The translations under genes were made by a program, and so were the position numbers. A stretch of 64,000 nt of DNA from Camelus dromedarius (Eukaryota). The notes under the pieces are model-generated. The model was not told the DNA's origin, ran no database searches, and saw only the letters and a list, made by a program, of their open reading frames with translations. The stretch is from NCBI RefSeq assembly GCF_036321535.1, contig NC_087462.1, positions 11,284,001-11,348,000 on the forward strand. Direction: 5' to 3'. Shown piece by piece: positions 34,001-45,003 of this stretch (position 1 is the stretch's first letter; the number at the start of each line of letters is the position of its first letter).

Positions 34001-37000
34001 GGGGCTGGCTTGGGCACCAGGAAACAAGGAAAATTATTTAATATGATGCAAGAAAAACCCTGCAGGACCTGAATAAAAGAGCAACCTTTAAATGAAGTAA
34101 GTTTAAGTCTGTGAAAAGTTCCTAACTTGCCCAAGGATTAGTCATGACCAACACTACCGCTAAATTTCTGACTCAAAACCACAACTTCTCATCTCTCGCC
34201 TCACCCAAGGTGAAATGGCTTCTCACTGCCTGTTCCAGTACACTCAGACCCCTTTGCAAGGTTTGAGGCTCTTCACCAGCGCCTCTCTGACCTCCTCCCT
34301 CCTCTGGACTTGGGGAAGTCCTCCTCTGACAAGTCCAAGGCTGATGGGTTGGCCTGTCTCAGCCTGGATTCATTACTCCCTTCTCTGTTCTGTTTAAGGC
34401 GTTTACCACTGCTGGCCCGGGCATGACAAAGGCCTCAGCCTACTCATTTTGGAAACAGCAGGCCGGCACCATACTTGGCACACTAACTGGGCAAAAGTTT
34501 GTTGAACTGAACTGAAGGAAAGGTAGAAGCTAGAGACGTCAAACTGGCAGAGTAGAAAAGAAGAGTTTGAAGGCAAATGTCTCTAGACTTAAGCGGGGCA
34601 AGTGGAGAAGTTAAAAACTCAGGTGAGAGCTGCTGGGTTCCACAGTCAAAGGAGGGAGCAGAAGCCAAGGCACATGGAGCTCGGCTGGGAGTCCCTCTTC
34701 TTGGTTTCTGTGCTAGGGCTGAGCCCACAGCGGGCACTCATCCGCTCTAGGAATGAAGGAGAAGAGTTAAGAGGTTTAATAGTGCTGCTGGAGAAAAGAG
34801 ACGATCAAAAAGGACAATGGCCAAAAGATATTACATTTGGGCAGGAGGAAGTGATGAATAAAGGAGAAAGCAACTTTAATGAGAAGAGCAGGAGCCCTTA
34901 AACCACTGAAGGGCTCAATCAGAACGATAAATGAGTGTCTCAAGACATGTCTGAAGAATGGATGGTAAAGAAGGGCTTATGACCATTCATCTTTCTTCTG
35001 ATCCAGGACCAATACCTTAGAAAGGCTGGAGTAGTTTGAGAAGTACTTATACAAGGAATGGAATAAACTTCATGCTCACTCCTTGCTTAGTGAGGAGTTC
35101 AAGGCCATGCTGGATCAGACAGCAGCAGTCACCCTACAGAGTCTCCCTCCCAGTGCCATGCCCTCTACCCACACCTGGTCGAACCACACTGCTCCATGCC
35201 TCCCCTGCACACGTGCTTGTCCCCAGCCTAGAATGCCGTGCGTTCTCTGCCTAGACAAAGCCTCTCATCCACATCACAGTCATCTTCTAGGGGTGTGCTT
35301 CTGTCCCGCAGCCTGACTTCAGGTGGATTCTAGTGTCCCGTCATCCACACACCACAAGCTCTCCTCTGGCTGACAGGTTGTCTCCCTCTCCCTGGCTTCA
35401 TCACCCATTCTCTGGTCACCCTCTCTCCCGTGTCTGCCTCTCCTGATTTGTGAGCTTTCAGGACTCCCTGCTGCATCCTCAGATCTGGCACAAAATGAAG
35501 GTTTACTGAGCAAGTGAGATTAAATTAGTGAGAATGACCTTTTAAAAAACATCTTCTGAAGCCTTAGCCCAACTGTCTACCCACTAATTGCACTGGATCA
35601 CCTCTGAGCTCCTCGGAGCTGGAAGTGATGTTAAATACCAGTGAGCCTATTGGAGCACTGGGAAAGCAGGGAGGGTGGCAGGTTGGCACCAGAGTTCAAG
35701 AGAACAAGGCCAAATCTCCATCCAACCGCCATGTCCTCTCCACTAGTTGTCTGACCTCAGCCAAGTTCTTACTCATTCACGTCAAGTTCCTCATCTAGAA
35801 ACTCAGTGAAACTACCCACTTCGTAGGGTTACTGGGAAATTTAAATGAGAGAAATCATGGTTTCCATTGTCATCAACAACCACTGTACTCTAACAGAGGC
35901 ACTCAGTAACTGTCACTTAAATGAATGAATAGTACCTTCTCATTTACGAGACTTTTCTCAAACATTCTGCATGCTGCTTTACTTACTGATAAAACCACTT
36001 CAAAAGGGATTTTGCTGAGATCCTAGATAACTTTAGGAAACTGTTTTAAAACCAATAAAATCCAACTCTTAGGAAAAATACACCAAGGACAGCAAGACCT
36101 TCCTTTGGCTCTAGACCAAGCCAAGCTAAGCATGCTACCCTAGGAGCAAGGCTAAAACCTGCAAGCAGGCTAAGAACAAGGACTGCTGGGCACTAAGTCG
36201 GCTGGTATCTACCAAACCTCCCTAGGGGTGATGAAAAAGAAAAAGAAAACGTCAGCTCTGAAATCTACTTCCGGGGTTCAGACTGATAGATCCTCTCGTG
36301 CTAATGCTATCTGGCTTTAGGAAATTCCAAACCATAAATTCCTCTTCTGACTCCTTGCGTTCTTTGGTGGTTGTGCTGAAAGTTGGAAGCTCGCTGACGT
36401 GCATTAATGTGCATCCTTCTAAAGGTCTACGTTCTCGTATTCATTGTCCCAGAGATACTGAAGCAGGGGTACACCATTCAGTTGATAGTACACGACTTGC
36501 CACTTGGGTAAGTTCTAAGGGTAGTCAAAATTATGTCATTATCTCCTTTTAAGGTTCAGAATTTGATCCATATTATAAATAAAGTCTGCAGAAATACCGG
36601 AGGAATTAAGTAAGGCATGCAAATTTTTACTAGTAGAAAATACCTAAGAAGACATATATGTAAAAATCAAATTGAAAAAAAGTTCAGAGAAAATAATTTC
36701 CTTTTCTTCCTAAGGAAAGCTATGAAGGCCCTAAATGTAGTATCTGTTATGTTGTCCAGAAGCCAACTTCTACATATAATCTTTTTAGTTTCAGGTACAC
36801 CACCCCACTACCATACAGCTTACTCCTAAAACACGTATAAAAGTGACCATTCTCCATCATAATTTTATTTGTTATATGTAAAGCTTCTTGCTCTAAAAAC
36901 CTTATTACCATTCCCCAGTGGTCTTTTTCTATTACACTCAAACTCTACAAACTAACACAAAGTTGAGCTATGGTTTTATAGACTACGTAAAGGAAATACA

Positions 37001-40000
37001 GAAACAACCCTGGAACCTCTAAAACCTGATTACCTTGGATTGAAAATGGAAATAGACCCTGAAACAACAGGGCCCTGTGGCCCCAGATCAAATGTTTCAT
37101 CTAGAAAAAAATCAACTATTTTCTGAATTTTATTTGTTCATCTAATTTTCTTTCTATTTTAAGTGGGCAAAACAATGCTAATTTGTGACCCTTGTGATTA
37201 ATTTAAAATCCATATGCCCACAAACACACTTTAGGCTCAAAAATAATTTCCATTTGTCAGATTAACCATCTACTAGATAAATTGATTTATGAAAATTGAA
37301 ATAAATGAGACACTCTCATCTCCACTCCTGAGAGACCAACTTCTCCAAGTGTGGTCTGGGGTCAGCAGTGGCCCCCTTGGGAGATGGTTAGCAATGTGGA
37401 CTCTTGGGCCCCGCTGAGATCTGCTACATCAGAACCTGCAATGCAATAAGGTTCCCGCAGAGATCTGCTGGTCCCGCTGAGAAGCACTGCTCTAGAGCAC
37501 CGCTGTCCAGAATTTCCTTTTATGAGGGATATGTTCATTATCTGCACTAATATGGTAGCCACTAGCCACACGTGGCTACTGAGCACCTGAAATACTGTTA
37601 GGCTAACTGAGGAGCTGAGTGTTTAATTTTATTTCATTTAAACTCATTTTAATTTAAAAAGACACATGGCAAGTGGCTACTGTATGGGACAGAATAGCTC
37701 TCCAGAGAACCCGCATGCACTTCCAAGTGAGGGGTCAGGACGTGGCCACTGGAGCCAGATCTGCCAACCTTGTGACACCACCACCAGAATGACTTGAAGG
37801 GCCAGCCCTCTTCAGGTGCCCCTCCCAGAACATCAGGTATGGAGCCTGGGGCTCCAGGACAACACTGCTGATCACTCTGCTTCCTTTTTCTCCCAACTTT
37901 TTTTCCCCCAAACTCACCCCTCAGCATTCCCAGCTCTAGAGTTTTCACACTGACTTCCTAGGAATCTCGCTACTAGGCAGAAAGTGAGTCTAGCAGCCTC
38001 CGATAAGTGGCAACTTCCAGGCCCCAGGGCAGTTGAGGCCTGTGGATTCTCAAAGGTGTGTTACACAAGCATGCTGTTGAGGGTGGTGGAAGACCCAGAG
38101 CTTGCCCCAGATTCTCCAACGGGCCTGTGATTCAAACACTGGTTAAAATCACTGGGAGGAGGGAAGATCTTTGGAGCCCAACAGACCTGACAGGCTTGAC
38201 AGAGGAGCCCTCAACCCTAGTCTGATAACCCTCATGGACCCCTCAAAAAGGCAGTCAAGAGAAGTCAATGAAAAATATGAAAATGAATATATGTATGTAT
38301 ATGCAAGACTGGGACCTTGTGCTGTACACCAGAAATTGACACACTGTAATTGATTGTACTTCAATAAAAAAAAAAGAAAATAACTAAAAATATAAAACTT
38401 TTTGAAGACAAAAAAAGTCAATGAAAAAACCTATGCAAACTGTAAAGTGTTATAAAAATGCATTATTGTAAAAAAAAAATAAGGCTATGCATGGTAGTGC
38501 AAAATACTCAGAAAAATCCTTGGCAAATGAGAGAAAATTTTCTGCTTTCTGGGTCCCATATAAGAAATGAACGAGATCAGGGAGGGTATAGCTCAGTGGT
38601 AGAATGTGTGCTTAGCATGCACAAAGTCCTGGGTTCAATCCCCAGTACCTCCATTAAAATAAATAAATAAACCTAATTACCCCCCCCCCCAATAAAATTT
38701 TAAAAATTAAAAAAAGAAAAGAAAAAAAAAAAACCAAAAAACGAATGAGAATGTGATCAGTGATAGGTCCAAATCAGAAGACACAAAATTGTCCCTTCTC
38801 CAGGAAAAGCTCAGGCTGTAGCCAAAGAAGGTCAGAAGATCGTTCAAGGAGACTGGTTACCTCTTACACAGGAAGTCTCCGGCTGACTTGGGCTGAATTT
38901 AACCAAAATGGTTCGTTCCAAAGTCCCCAGTGTCCCTTCACTATCTGGGTAGCCAGAAGGAAGAGCAACAAACAGTTCTCTACTCTGAGACTATTCAGCT
39001 ATAATGACAAAATGAATTACACACAAGCGCTTAGAGTTGCTTTCTTAATAATGCAGAAAAGTGTAAGAATCCAAGTTTAAGGAGAATAGGTGTGCATTCC
39101 TTCTTTAAACACAATTATGGTGACAAAAAAAGTTGAGAAGGCCTAATATCTGAGACAAAAAATTCTTTCTTGCTGGCCAGTTGAGCTAAAATTATTTCTT
39201 GCTGGGGCTGTGAAGGGGTCGGCAGGGCAGAGAGAGGGTAGCGTCAGAAAGACTTGCAGAGGCCTCCCCCACTCGGCTGATCAGGAAAGACACAATCCGC
39301 TTCCCCACCCAAGTGGATAATCTACCAGGCTGCAGGCTTTATTATTGAGGAAAAGATCTACCCAAGCTGTGTTTTCTCCAGAGTGGAGTAAGTGGCCCAC
39401 CTGAGGACTGAAGACTGGTGTCTGGGCTTGGGTGACATTTAGGACCTTGAATTTATCTAAAGGCTATGCTGGGGGGGAGGGTATAGCTCAGTGGTAGAGT
39501 TTATGCTTAGCATGTGCAAGGTCCTGGGTTCAATCTCCAGTACCTCCATTAAAAAATAATAATAATAAATAAATAAATGAACCTAATTACCTCTCTCTAC
39601 CTAAAAAAAAAATAGGCCTTCCTGGCTCTGGAGACAGCCACCTGCAGGTGGGGAGAGGAAAGCAAAGCTGGACAGCCCTGACCCTTAAAAACAAACAAAC
39701 AAACAAATAAAACTTAAAAGATGATGCAAGGAGTAGGGCAAATCTGAAGCTTCCAAAGTCTCAAATAAAAGCCCAGGGGTCTTTCTACCTCAGAAAGAGA
39801 CCAGGAACCAGTTGCCTAACAGCTATGTTGCCAAGCAAGTATAATGTTTCTTAGCCTTAAATGAAAAAGAAGTCTTTCTGAGAACAGCCAAGACAAGGGT
39901 GACTGGCTGCATTCCATTCTAATGCCTATCTTGGGGAGCCTAGGACCTCAAAAGACTGCTACCAGAAAAAAGTAGCAGCCTCGGGGCTGTGCCGGGGTGA

Positions 40001-42036
40001 CCGAAGCCTGAGGAAGGTCACATCTGAGCGGAGTTCAGTCCTTGAGCAGCTCCTTGCCTAGGACAGAAGAAATACACCACTGGGTGGGTGTGGCTCTGCA
40101 AACACCCAGTGCACTGCCTCTGTGCTTCCGGACTGTGAAGAGCCCATTTCCCAGCTCTCCCAGCTACCACCAATCCGTCCAGAATCTAAGTGCCACAAAA
40201 CTTTACCTAATGCTAGGTGCCAGGCATTGTGCACAGCCCTGGGAATACAAAGGAAAGTTACAATGAAGTCCTTGCTCTCAGACTGCCCTGTCTCAGCAGA
40301 CAGGGCACCACAGAAGGGGACCCTCTCCTGGCCCAGCTCTTTTGTGCCAGGAATTATCTCTACTCAGCACATTTCTATTATGATGACTATTTATAAGTTA
40401 GTCTCTCACACACCCTACTCCTGAATGAGCTCTGAGAAGGCAGAGAACATCTTAGCCATCTTGGTTTCTGAAGTACCTAGCACAATGCTCCACTGGTCGT
40501 GGTGGTGGTGGTGATGGTGTGTGTGTATGACACTCTTAACTTCTCAGAAAGAGACCATGAAATTGTGGAAAGAGTCAACATTATACAAGAAACAAAGGAA
40601 AGAAAGTTTGAAGAACAAATGCATGCCATATCCATCTTTTACTTTGCCTCCTCCTTCCTGGGGCTGCTGTTCACCTGGCTTTGTAACCCCTCTTTACTAG
40701 AAGGTTCTAGGCACTGCCCAGTCCACACCACCAGGCCCTGGTCCCATCCACAGGGACCATCCCTCATCCCAAAACAGGTCCCATTCAACAAGGCCTCATC
40801 CTCCAAAAGGAGGTCATTCAGTGCTTTCCTACTTTCTAACAATTTAAGCAGGTCCCAAATACAATGGGTGGCTTTGTAAAGTAGATTCTACCAATCCTGG
40901 CTGCCTGACAAGTGGGACAGGTGATCTTAAAACTGCTATGATTTTTTCTACTGCAACTGAAATAAAATGCAAACTCCTTCCTGAGACTTGTAGGCCCCAT
41001 GTGATCTGGTTCCAGACTCTCTTGGCTCTACTCAGGGCTTTTAGTCCTTGGTTCTGCTTTCTTCCCCGCCCTTTCCCACCTCCGGGCCTCTGAAGGTGCT
41101 GTACCCTCTCCACCTGGCTTCCCACAGTATGCCAGCCATTTACTTACAACTTTTCTCACAACTTACACTTGTTTTTGCTACTTATTTTCTCTCCCTCAAA
41201 CCATGAGCTTGAGAGCCATGACTATGTCAGCACCCAGCTCAGTGCCTGCACACAGTAAGTGTCTAAGAAATATTTGCCAAATTAATTTTAAAAAAGGGTC
41301 TTCTGTCCCCACCCAGCTCCCCCATTAACCTTTTTTCCAAATGGTTCCCACACCGAATCACCCATCTGGACATTCCCGAGTCCTATTTCCCACTACTAAC
41401 TCTCCATTATCTACCCTCGAAACTTCCTACCTTCATAAATCCCACTGATCCATCCATTTAGTGGTCCATCCTTCACAGATCCCGTGTGCACCCATCTCTC
41501 AGAACTTACGCCTCCTCAACACTCTCTTTCCCTTACATGCCATAAACCCTGCAACCACTTTTCACCATAAAGCTCTCTTCTCCATCCACAAAATGTTCTC
41601 AAACCCATCCTTCTCACCTCAGGACGAGCTTCTGAAACCCATCACCCACTACTGAGCCCCATAAGCCTCCTTTCAATCCGTTCCATTTTACCCCCATACA
41701 TCCTTCCGGCCTCGGAACCCCTCTTCAGTCCTCCTCAAGCCCCTCACATCTGTCCTCTCCCTCTCTGCCCAGAGACTCACCTTATCTCTCACCCTGCACC
41801 CTCCTCACGACCCAACCGCCCCGGCCCTGGCCCCTCGGTCCGCCCCCTTCACTGAAGCGACTTTGGGTGGCCCTCGCCGAGCCCGCGCAGCACCTGGCCT
41901 GTGCCTCGTCCAGGCTCTGGTCGGTGATGGCCATGATCTGCTGCAGGACATCACTCGTGTGGGAGTCCGGCGAAGGCCCGGGCGGCGGGCGGCGCGGGGC
42001 AGGGGGCGGCGGCGCGGGGCGCTGCGGGTCCTCCAT
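5314..42036 (-). CDS. PBX4: PBX homeobox 4 (TALE homeodomain), 8 coding exons, about 380 aa
   Basis: join(42036-41894,26554-26481,11395-gap,10871-10681,10427-10292,7105-6949,6576-6470,5400-5314). All visible junctions are GT-AG with consistent phases. Contains the PBC domain ([34 protein letters not shown]) and homeodomain ([15 protein letters not shown]...[15 protein letters not shown]). Confidence 0.97.
6470..6576 (-). CDS. PBX4: PBX4 exon 7
   Basis: [36 protein letters not shown]; acceptor cccttccag, donor CAG|GTGAGT. Confidence 0.9.
6949..7105 (-). CDS. PBX4: PBX4 exon 6 (homeodomain helix 3)
   Basis: [32 protein letters not shown]...SCPSMPSS; donor A|GTAAGT; not in the ORF track. Confidence 0.95.
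10292..10427 (-). CDS. PBX4: PBX4 exon 5 (homeodomain N-terminal half)
   Basis: [45 protein letters not shown]. Confidence 0.96.
10681..10871 (-). CDS. PBX4: PBX4 exon 4
   Basis: [16 protein letters not shown]...[17 protein letters not shown]; GT-AG. Confidence 0.96.
11082..11277. other. Assembly gap (196 N) overlapping PBX4 exon 3
   Basis: Run of N. Confidence 1.
11278..11395 (-). CDS. PBX4: PBX4 exon 3 (visible 5' part; remainder in N gap)
   Basis: [39 protein letters not shown], then Ns. Confidence 0.92.
11616..12138 (+). mobile_element. ERV1-class solo LTR
   Basis: TG...CA ends (TGAGAC...CAGTAACA), typical U5 (ctgtactttccttcaccacaacccggtgtc...ggacctgagttcg), near 4-bp TSD tgtc/agtc. 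Confidence 0.7.
13739..13830 (-). mobile_element. 5'-truncated L1 3' end with TSD
   Basis: 13-bp TSD tcc(c/g)tctgttttc at 13726-13738 and 13831-13843. Confidence 0.75.
14430..14451. repeat. (TG)11 microsatellite
   Basis: Direct reading. Confidence 0.95.
14689..14839 (+). mobile_element. 5'-truncated L1 3' end with TSD
   Basis: 12-bp TSD aaattacaaagg at 14677-14688 and 14840-14851. Confidence 0.75.
15013..15134 (-). mobile_element. Camelid SINE (Vic-1 type)
   Basis: Reverse-complement copy. Confidence 0.85.
15918..16178 (+). mobile_element. MLT1 (MaLR LTR) fragment
   Basis: tgctatggactgaatcgtgtccccccaaattc...gaggtaattaaggt...aagagagccc. Confidence 0.8.
16183..16260. mobile_element. MER58-type hAT fragment
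   Basis: gcagctgtgttccaataaaactttatt. Confidence 0.6.
17010..17410 (-). mobile_element. Old L1 (L1MB/ME-type) 3' fragment
   Basis: gatttttagtatattcaccaggttgtgcaaccacc...acataaatggaaccatac. Confidence 0.75.
17470..17660. mobile_element. MER3/MER33-type hAT MITE
   Basis: gccaccagctacacatggctaccaagcactcaaaatgtggc. Confidence 0.7.
19220..19690 (+). mobile_element. ERV1-class LTR resembling MER41-related families
   Basis: ggcccacgatggtggaagatctg...cctcattacacgctcctgtaatacactggcatgct...gacag matches the recalled MER41 core; LTR-like U5 near 19620-19690. Confidence 0.55.
21750..22960 (+). mobile_element. Old L1 (L1MC/MD-type) 3' UTR
   Basis: aaaggaagccagggttcctgg...gatgagcctggaacat...gccagcttgaagggg. 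Confidence 0.7.
23149..23465. mobile_element. MER20-type hAT element with an AT-rich insert
   Basis: cagtggtcctcaa...ggggacatttttggttgtcaca...aattgttccatcccaa. Confidence 0.55.
23863..23892. repeat. (CAAA)n microsatellite
   Basis: Direct reading, inside the L1. Confidence 0.9.
24531..24629 (+). mobile_element. Camelid SINE (Vic-1 type), A-box deleted, nested in an L1
   Basis: 18-bp TSD taaaaatg(g/a)ttaaa(g/a)tgg at 24513-24530 and 24630-24647. Confidence 0.8.
25205..25334 (-). mobile_element. Camelid SINE (Vic-1 type), diverged
   Basis: Reverse-complement copy. Confidence 0.75.
25385..25935 (+). mobile_element. Old L1 (L1MC/ME-type) 3' fragment
   Basis: gactaaatgcaacatgggatcctggaccagaaaaaggacatt...ttcaaaataaaaa. 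Confidence 0.65.
25938..26073 (-). mobile_element. Camelid SINE (Vic-1 type)
   Basis: Reverse-complement copy. Confidence 0.8.
26481..26554 (-). CDS. PBX4: PBX4 exon 2
   Basis: [24 protein letters not shown]; acceptor tctctttcag, donor G|GTAGGC. Confidence 0.95.
26687..26823 (+). mobile_element. Camelid SINE (Vic-1 type)
   Basis: 16-bp TSD aatttgta(c/t)aaaattc at 26671-26686 and 26824-26839. Confidence 0.88.
27020..27560 (-). mobile_element. L2 fragments
   Basis: agggaacagccagtgccaaggccctgag. Confidence 0.55.
27565..28190 (+). mobile_element. MLT1C/D-type MaLR LTR (interrupted by a SINE)
   Basis: tgtggttggcagaagaatggcccccaaagatgtcc...gtggtcatttgtcacag. Confidence 0.8.
27971..28148 (-). 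mobile_element. Camelid SINE (Vic-1 type) with a (CA)n microsatellite tail, nested in an MLT1
   Basis: Reverse-complement copy interrupting the MLT1 3' end. Confidence 0.85.
28235..29560 (-). mobile_element. L1MB-type fragment with three N gaps
   Basis: cagttgatggacatttgggttatttccacc...gttgaccatagatgtgtgggtttatttc; gaps at 28723-28879, 29114-29273, 29350-29478. Confidence 0.8.
29570..30440 (-). mobile_element. L2 fragment
   Basis: gatcactgtggttg...ttttaggcctgagcaactg...ggaagtcactggtgac. Confidence 0.65.
30490..31012 (+). mobile_element. ERV1-class solo LTR (MER31/MER67-like)
   Basis: cttgacatcctgggg...ctcagggctagctaa...gcctttcatatgcaaac...cctaaatcaccccagggccagg resembles the MER31-type consensus. 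Confidence 0.65.
32024..32515 (+). mobile_element. MLT1E/F-type MaLR LTR
   Basis: tgtgacagac...ctaaggtggccccc...aagccactaggtttggagtaatttgttacacagcaacagatagctgagaca. Confidence 0.8.
33100..33445 (-). mobile_element. L1MA-type 3' end
   Basis: ttattgaagtatagttgacttacaacg...gattccacatataagtga. Confidence 0.8.
35700..35940 (+). mobile_element. MIR SINE
   Basis: gttcctcatctagaaa...aaatttaaatgagagaaa. Confidence 0.55.
37335..37700. mobile_element. Adjacent MER5A and MER3 hAT MITEs
   Basis: ttctccaagtgtggtc...gagaagcactgctctag, then gctgtcc...gccactagccacacgtggctactgagcac. Confidence 0.7.
38276..38414 (+). mobile_element. 5'-truncated L1 3' end with TSD (same family as 13739-13830)
   Basis: 14-bp TSD aagtcaatgaaaaa at 38262-38275 and 38415-38428; ends cttcaataaaaaa. 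Confidence 0.78.
38580..38740 (+). mobile_element. Camelid SINE (Vic-1 type)
   Basis: Full head, C-run and A-rich tail. Confidence 0.88.
39471..39612 (+). mobile_element. Camelid SINE (Vic-1 type)
   Basis: Full head and tail. Confidence 0.88.
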
Positions 42037-42350
42037 GAGCAGCGGGGCCCGGCAGAAGCTTAAGGAGGAGCCGACGAGCTTGGAGAGCTCGCGCTAGCTC
42101 TGTAACCAACTGCCGCCGTCTATGCTCCGCACGCGCGCGCGCACGCGCGCGCCCAGGCCCCGCCCTCCGCCACCGCCTCTGGCCAACCGCCGCCAAATAG
42201 GCGGCCGCGGCCCGCCCACGGACACACCCCACTGCCGCCGCCAGCCATCCGCCGGCTCCCAGGAGGCCGCGCACCGCCCACAGACACGCCCCTAACAGCC
42301 CGTCTCAACCTCCGGGACTCTGTTGGGGGTTGCCGAGGCAACAGCGCTTT
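41800..42350. promoter_or_regulatory. PBX4 CpG-island promoter
   Basis: Very high CpG density around exon 1, GC boxes, (CG)n tract. Confidence 0.85.
41894..42036 (-). CDS. PBX4: PBX4 exon 1
   Basis: [16 protein letters not shown]...[22 protein letters not shown]; donor AG|GTGCTG; lies in a CpG island. Confidence 0.93.
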
Positions 42351-44997
42351 CCACGCCCCTCCTCCCCTCCAGCCAGAGAGCGATGCTGGCTTTGCTCTGC
42401 TTCAGAGGCCCCCTACCCCCTACCCACTACATCTCTGCCTCCTGCACCTCCTCAGAGCAACCACTCCCGCTCAGGGGCACTTTACTCCTCCTCAGAGCCC
42501 TTCACGTCTCCTCACAGCCTCCACATCTCTTCAGAGACCCTCAAGTCTCTTCGGAGCCCTCACTCTTCCTCAGAGCCTCTACTTTTTCTCTTTAGACCCC
42601 CAACTCCTCAGGGACCCACACATCTCAGAGTGTGACTTCTTCGAGCACCCCACTTTTCTCCCAAGCCATCCCTTCCTTCTCAGCGCCCCCCATGCCTCTC
42701 AGAGCCCATCAACACCCCCTCATTGATCTCCAGAAGTCAAGCCCCAGACCCCTGCTCAGTCAGCCAATGTTCCCCTCATCCTCAGTCCCACAGGAGCCAC
42801 TAGGGCTCCCTTTCTCCTGACTTCCCCTTCCCCGCCAGCACTCCAGAGGGGATACAGGTATATGCGGTGATGGTGGCCAGGAGGATAGAACTGAGTGATT
42901 TTCCCAGCCGCAGAAATCAATTTTATTCCCCTTTCAAGGTCTAGTTTAAGAGTGATCTCACTTGTTTATCAAGTTTTTTTTTTGCTTTACTGCATTCCAC
43001 TAGCACGTGGTTACTAAGTGAATGAAGGATGCTTGCTGAGAACCTACCCTGTGATGCACCCCAAATCAGAGTGGCTCTTCACAGGCCTTCGTTTCTAGCT
43101 GTTAGGACTCCTGGCATCAGAGAAGGATTCTTGTGAGAGAGAAAAGGAACAGATTGGACATAAATCACTTCTCCAGAGTCATGGGACCTCCTAGAGCCTC
43201 TTTGTTCTGAGGACAGACTCCAGATGCAGGTTCATAAAGGGACCTCAGCATCCTGGGAACCCTTCAGGATAGGGCCCATCTTCTTCCCATTGCTGCTGGA
43301 GAGGAAATGCAGACATCTCCATTCCCTTTGGGTTTGGACACTCCAAAGGTAACGGAAATGAGTGATGTGAGCTAGTGTAAGAACAATGTGGAAAGCTCCC
43401 TGATGAAGGAAACCCAACACTTGGCCCAGGAACCGGAAGTACTAGAACAGGTGGGGATCATGGAGTGCTGGTACCCTGTACAAAAGGTCAGCCACTAGTG
43501 TAGCACTACACAGGAGGCCTGAAAAGAGTCGGTAACTTTGGCGTCTTTCAGAGAACAGCGGTGTGGGGAGGGAATTGAAAGCTTCAGGGATCATCTGAGA
43601 CAAAAACTTGAAGTCACCTGGTTGAGAGGAGAGGCCTCTAAGAGAGGGAAAAACTGATGGGACAAGATCCCAAAGGAGACCAGAGGATTGTAGGTTAAAA
43701 CCTGGATGATGCTGATGCAAGAACAGCCGGCTCAGAGCAGGTGAAACAGAGCTACATTTTGGTGACCACTGGGGTTTGCTACGCTATAGGAATTGGTTGG
43801 CTGCCTCCGTGCCCTAAGTGATACTTCTGTCCAACAGGCCTGGAGCTAGCTCCATGGAGACAAGGACTGTTTCTTTCTTGGGTGTGTGCCCATCCACATG
43901 TGGAAGGTGCTGCCTGGGTCATCACTTCTGGAGTCAGGTCCCAGGCCCTAGGAGCCATGCTGCCCACCTTGGACCCTGGAGATGCACCTTGCACCCCAGT
44001 TCATTCTTGCCTCCTCACAGAGTTGTTGTAGGGCAGAAGTTTTCCCAAAGGGAAACGCAGCCCCATTTAATGTAGAAAGACCTACAGGTTTTTGGTCCTT
44101 CAGCAACACATGCTTTAGTAGTTTATGAATTCAATCTCTGATGGGAGGCCTAGGTTCAAATTCTGGCTAGGTATGGAAGCAGAGAATCCAGACCCTGGTT
44201 TACACTATGCTTCACAGAGTGCCTCTGTAGTATCTGAGAGGGGGCTCATCATGGGTCTGGTACATCTGAGGCCTCAGGGTAAAGTTGGGAAAGCCAGGCT
44301 GTACTTATGGCCAACTCTGGACTTTGTGGGAATCTGAAGTCCTTTCCCCAGGGGCCTCTTTAGTCCCTTGATGCATCTCTGTCTCCTTTTGAAGCTGTGG
44401 AACCACAGGCCAGAGCTCAACCTCTGAGCCACTGTCCTCACGGAAAAATAAGTATAATCCCTATGCCACGAGATGCAGGTGTTGCTTAAATAATGCACCT
44501 AAAGTACTCATCAGTGTGCCAGGCACATCAGAGGAGCTTGAGAAATGGCAATTCTCAAATCCTGCATCCTGCTCCATGGAGATCACTACCCCTAGCCCAC
44601 AGGTGTGTATGTAGGTGATGGAGTGGGGGATAATGGGATGAACACACCTCTGTTAACATCCTGGACTCAAAGGGGCAGGCGGGAGAGAGAGGGCTCACAG
44701 GGGCCAGAGACCACTCTGGGCTCCAAAGGATGAAGACAGAGGCAGGTGGCAAGATGAAGGCAGGGGAACAGGTGGAGGAGACGGAGGCAAAAGGGAACAG
44801 ACACAAGACTCCAACGAGAGAGATGGAGCAACAGCCATGTAGAGACCAAAGGGGAATGAGAATGGGGCCAAGAAGCCATGCTGAAGGATCCCAGCTCAGT
44901 TTGAGCCAAGGTGGACGATTCTGGGACATAGAGACAGACAGACTGTATTAAGTTGACAACAGAAAATGCTTTGGAGACCTCAGAGTGGAAAGAAAGG

Positions 44998-45003
44998 TTT
45001 ATT
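44998..45003 (-). terminator. Probable LPAR2 polyadenylation signal
   Basis: AATAAA on minus, about 575 nt after the stop. Confidence 0.6.

Noticed and set aside
36410-36520. Protein-like minus-strand stretch [28 protein letters not shown], and a plus-strand donor TGG|GTAAGT
   Set aside because: Only 31 codons between stops with no recognised homolog; within chance expectation. A tblastx search would be needed to revive it.
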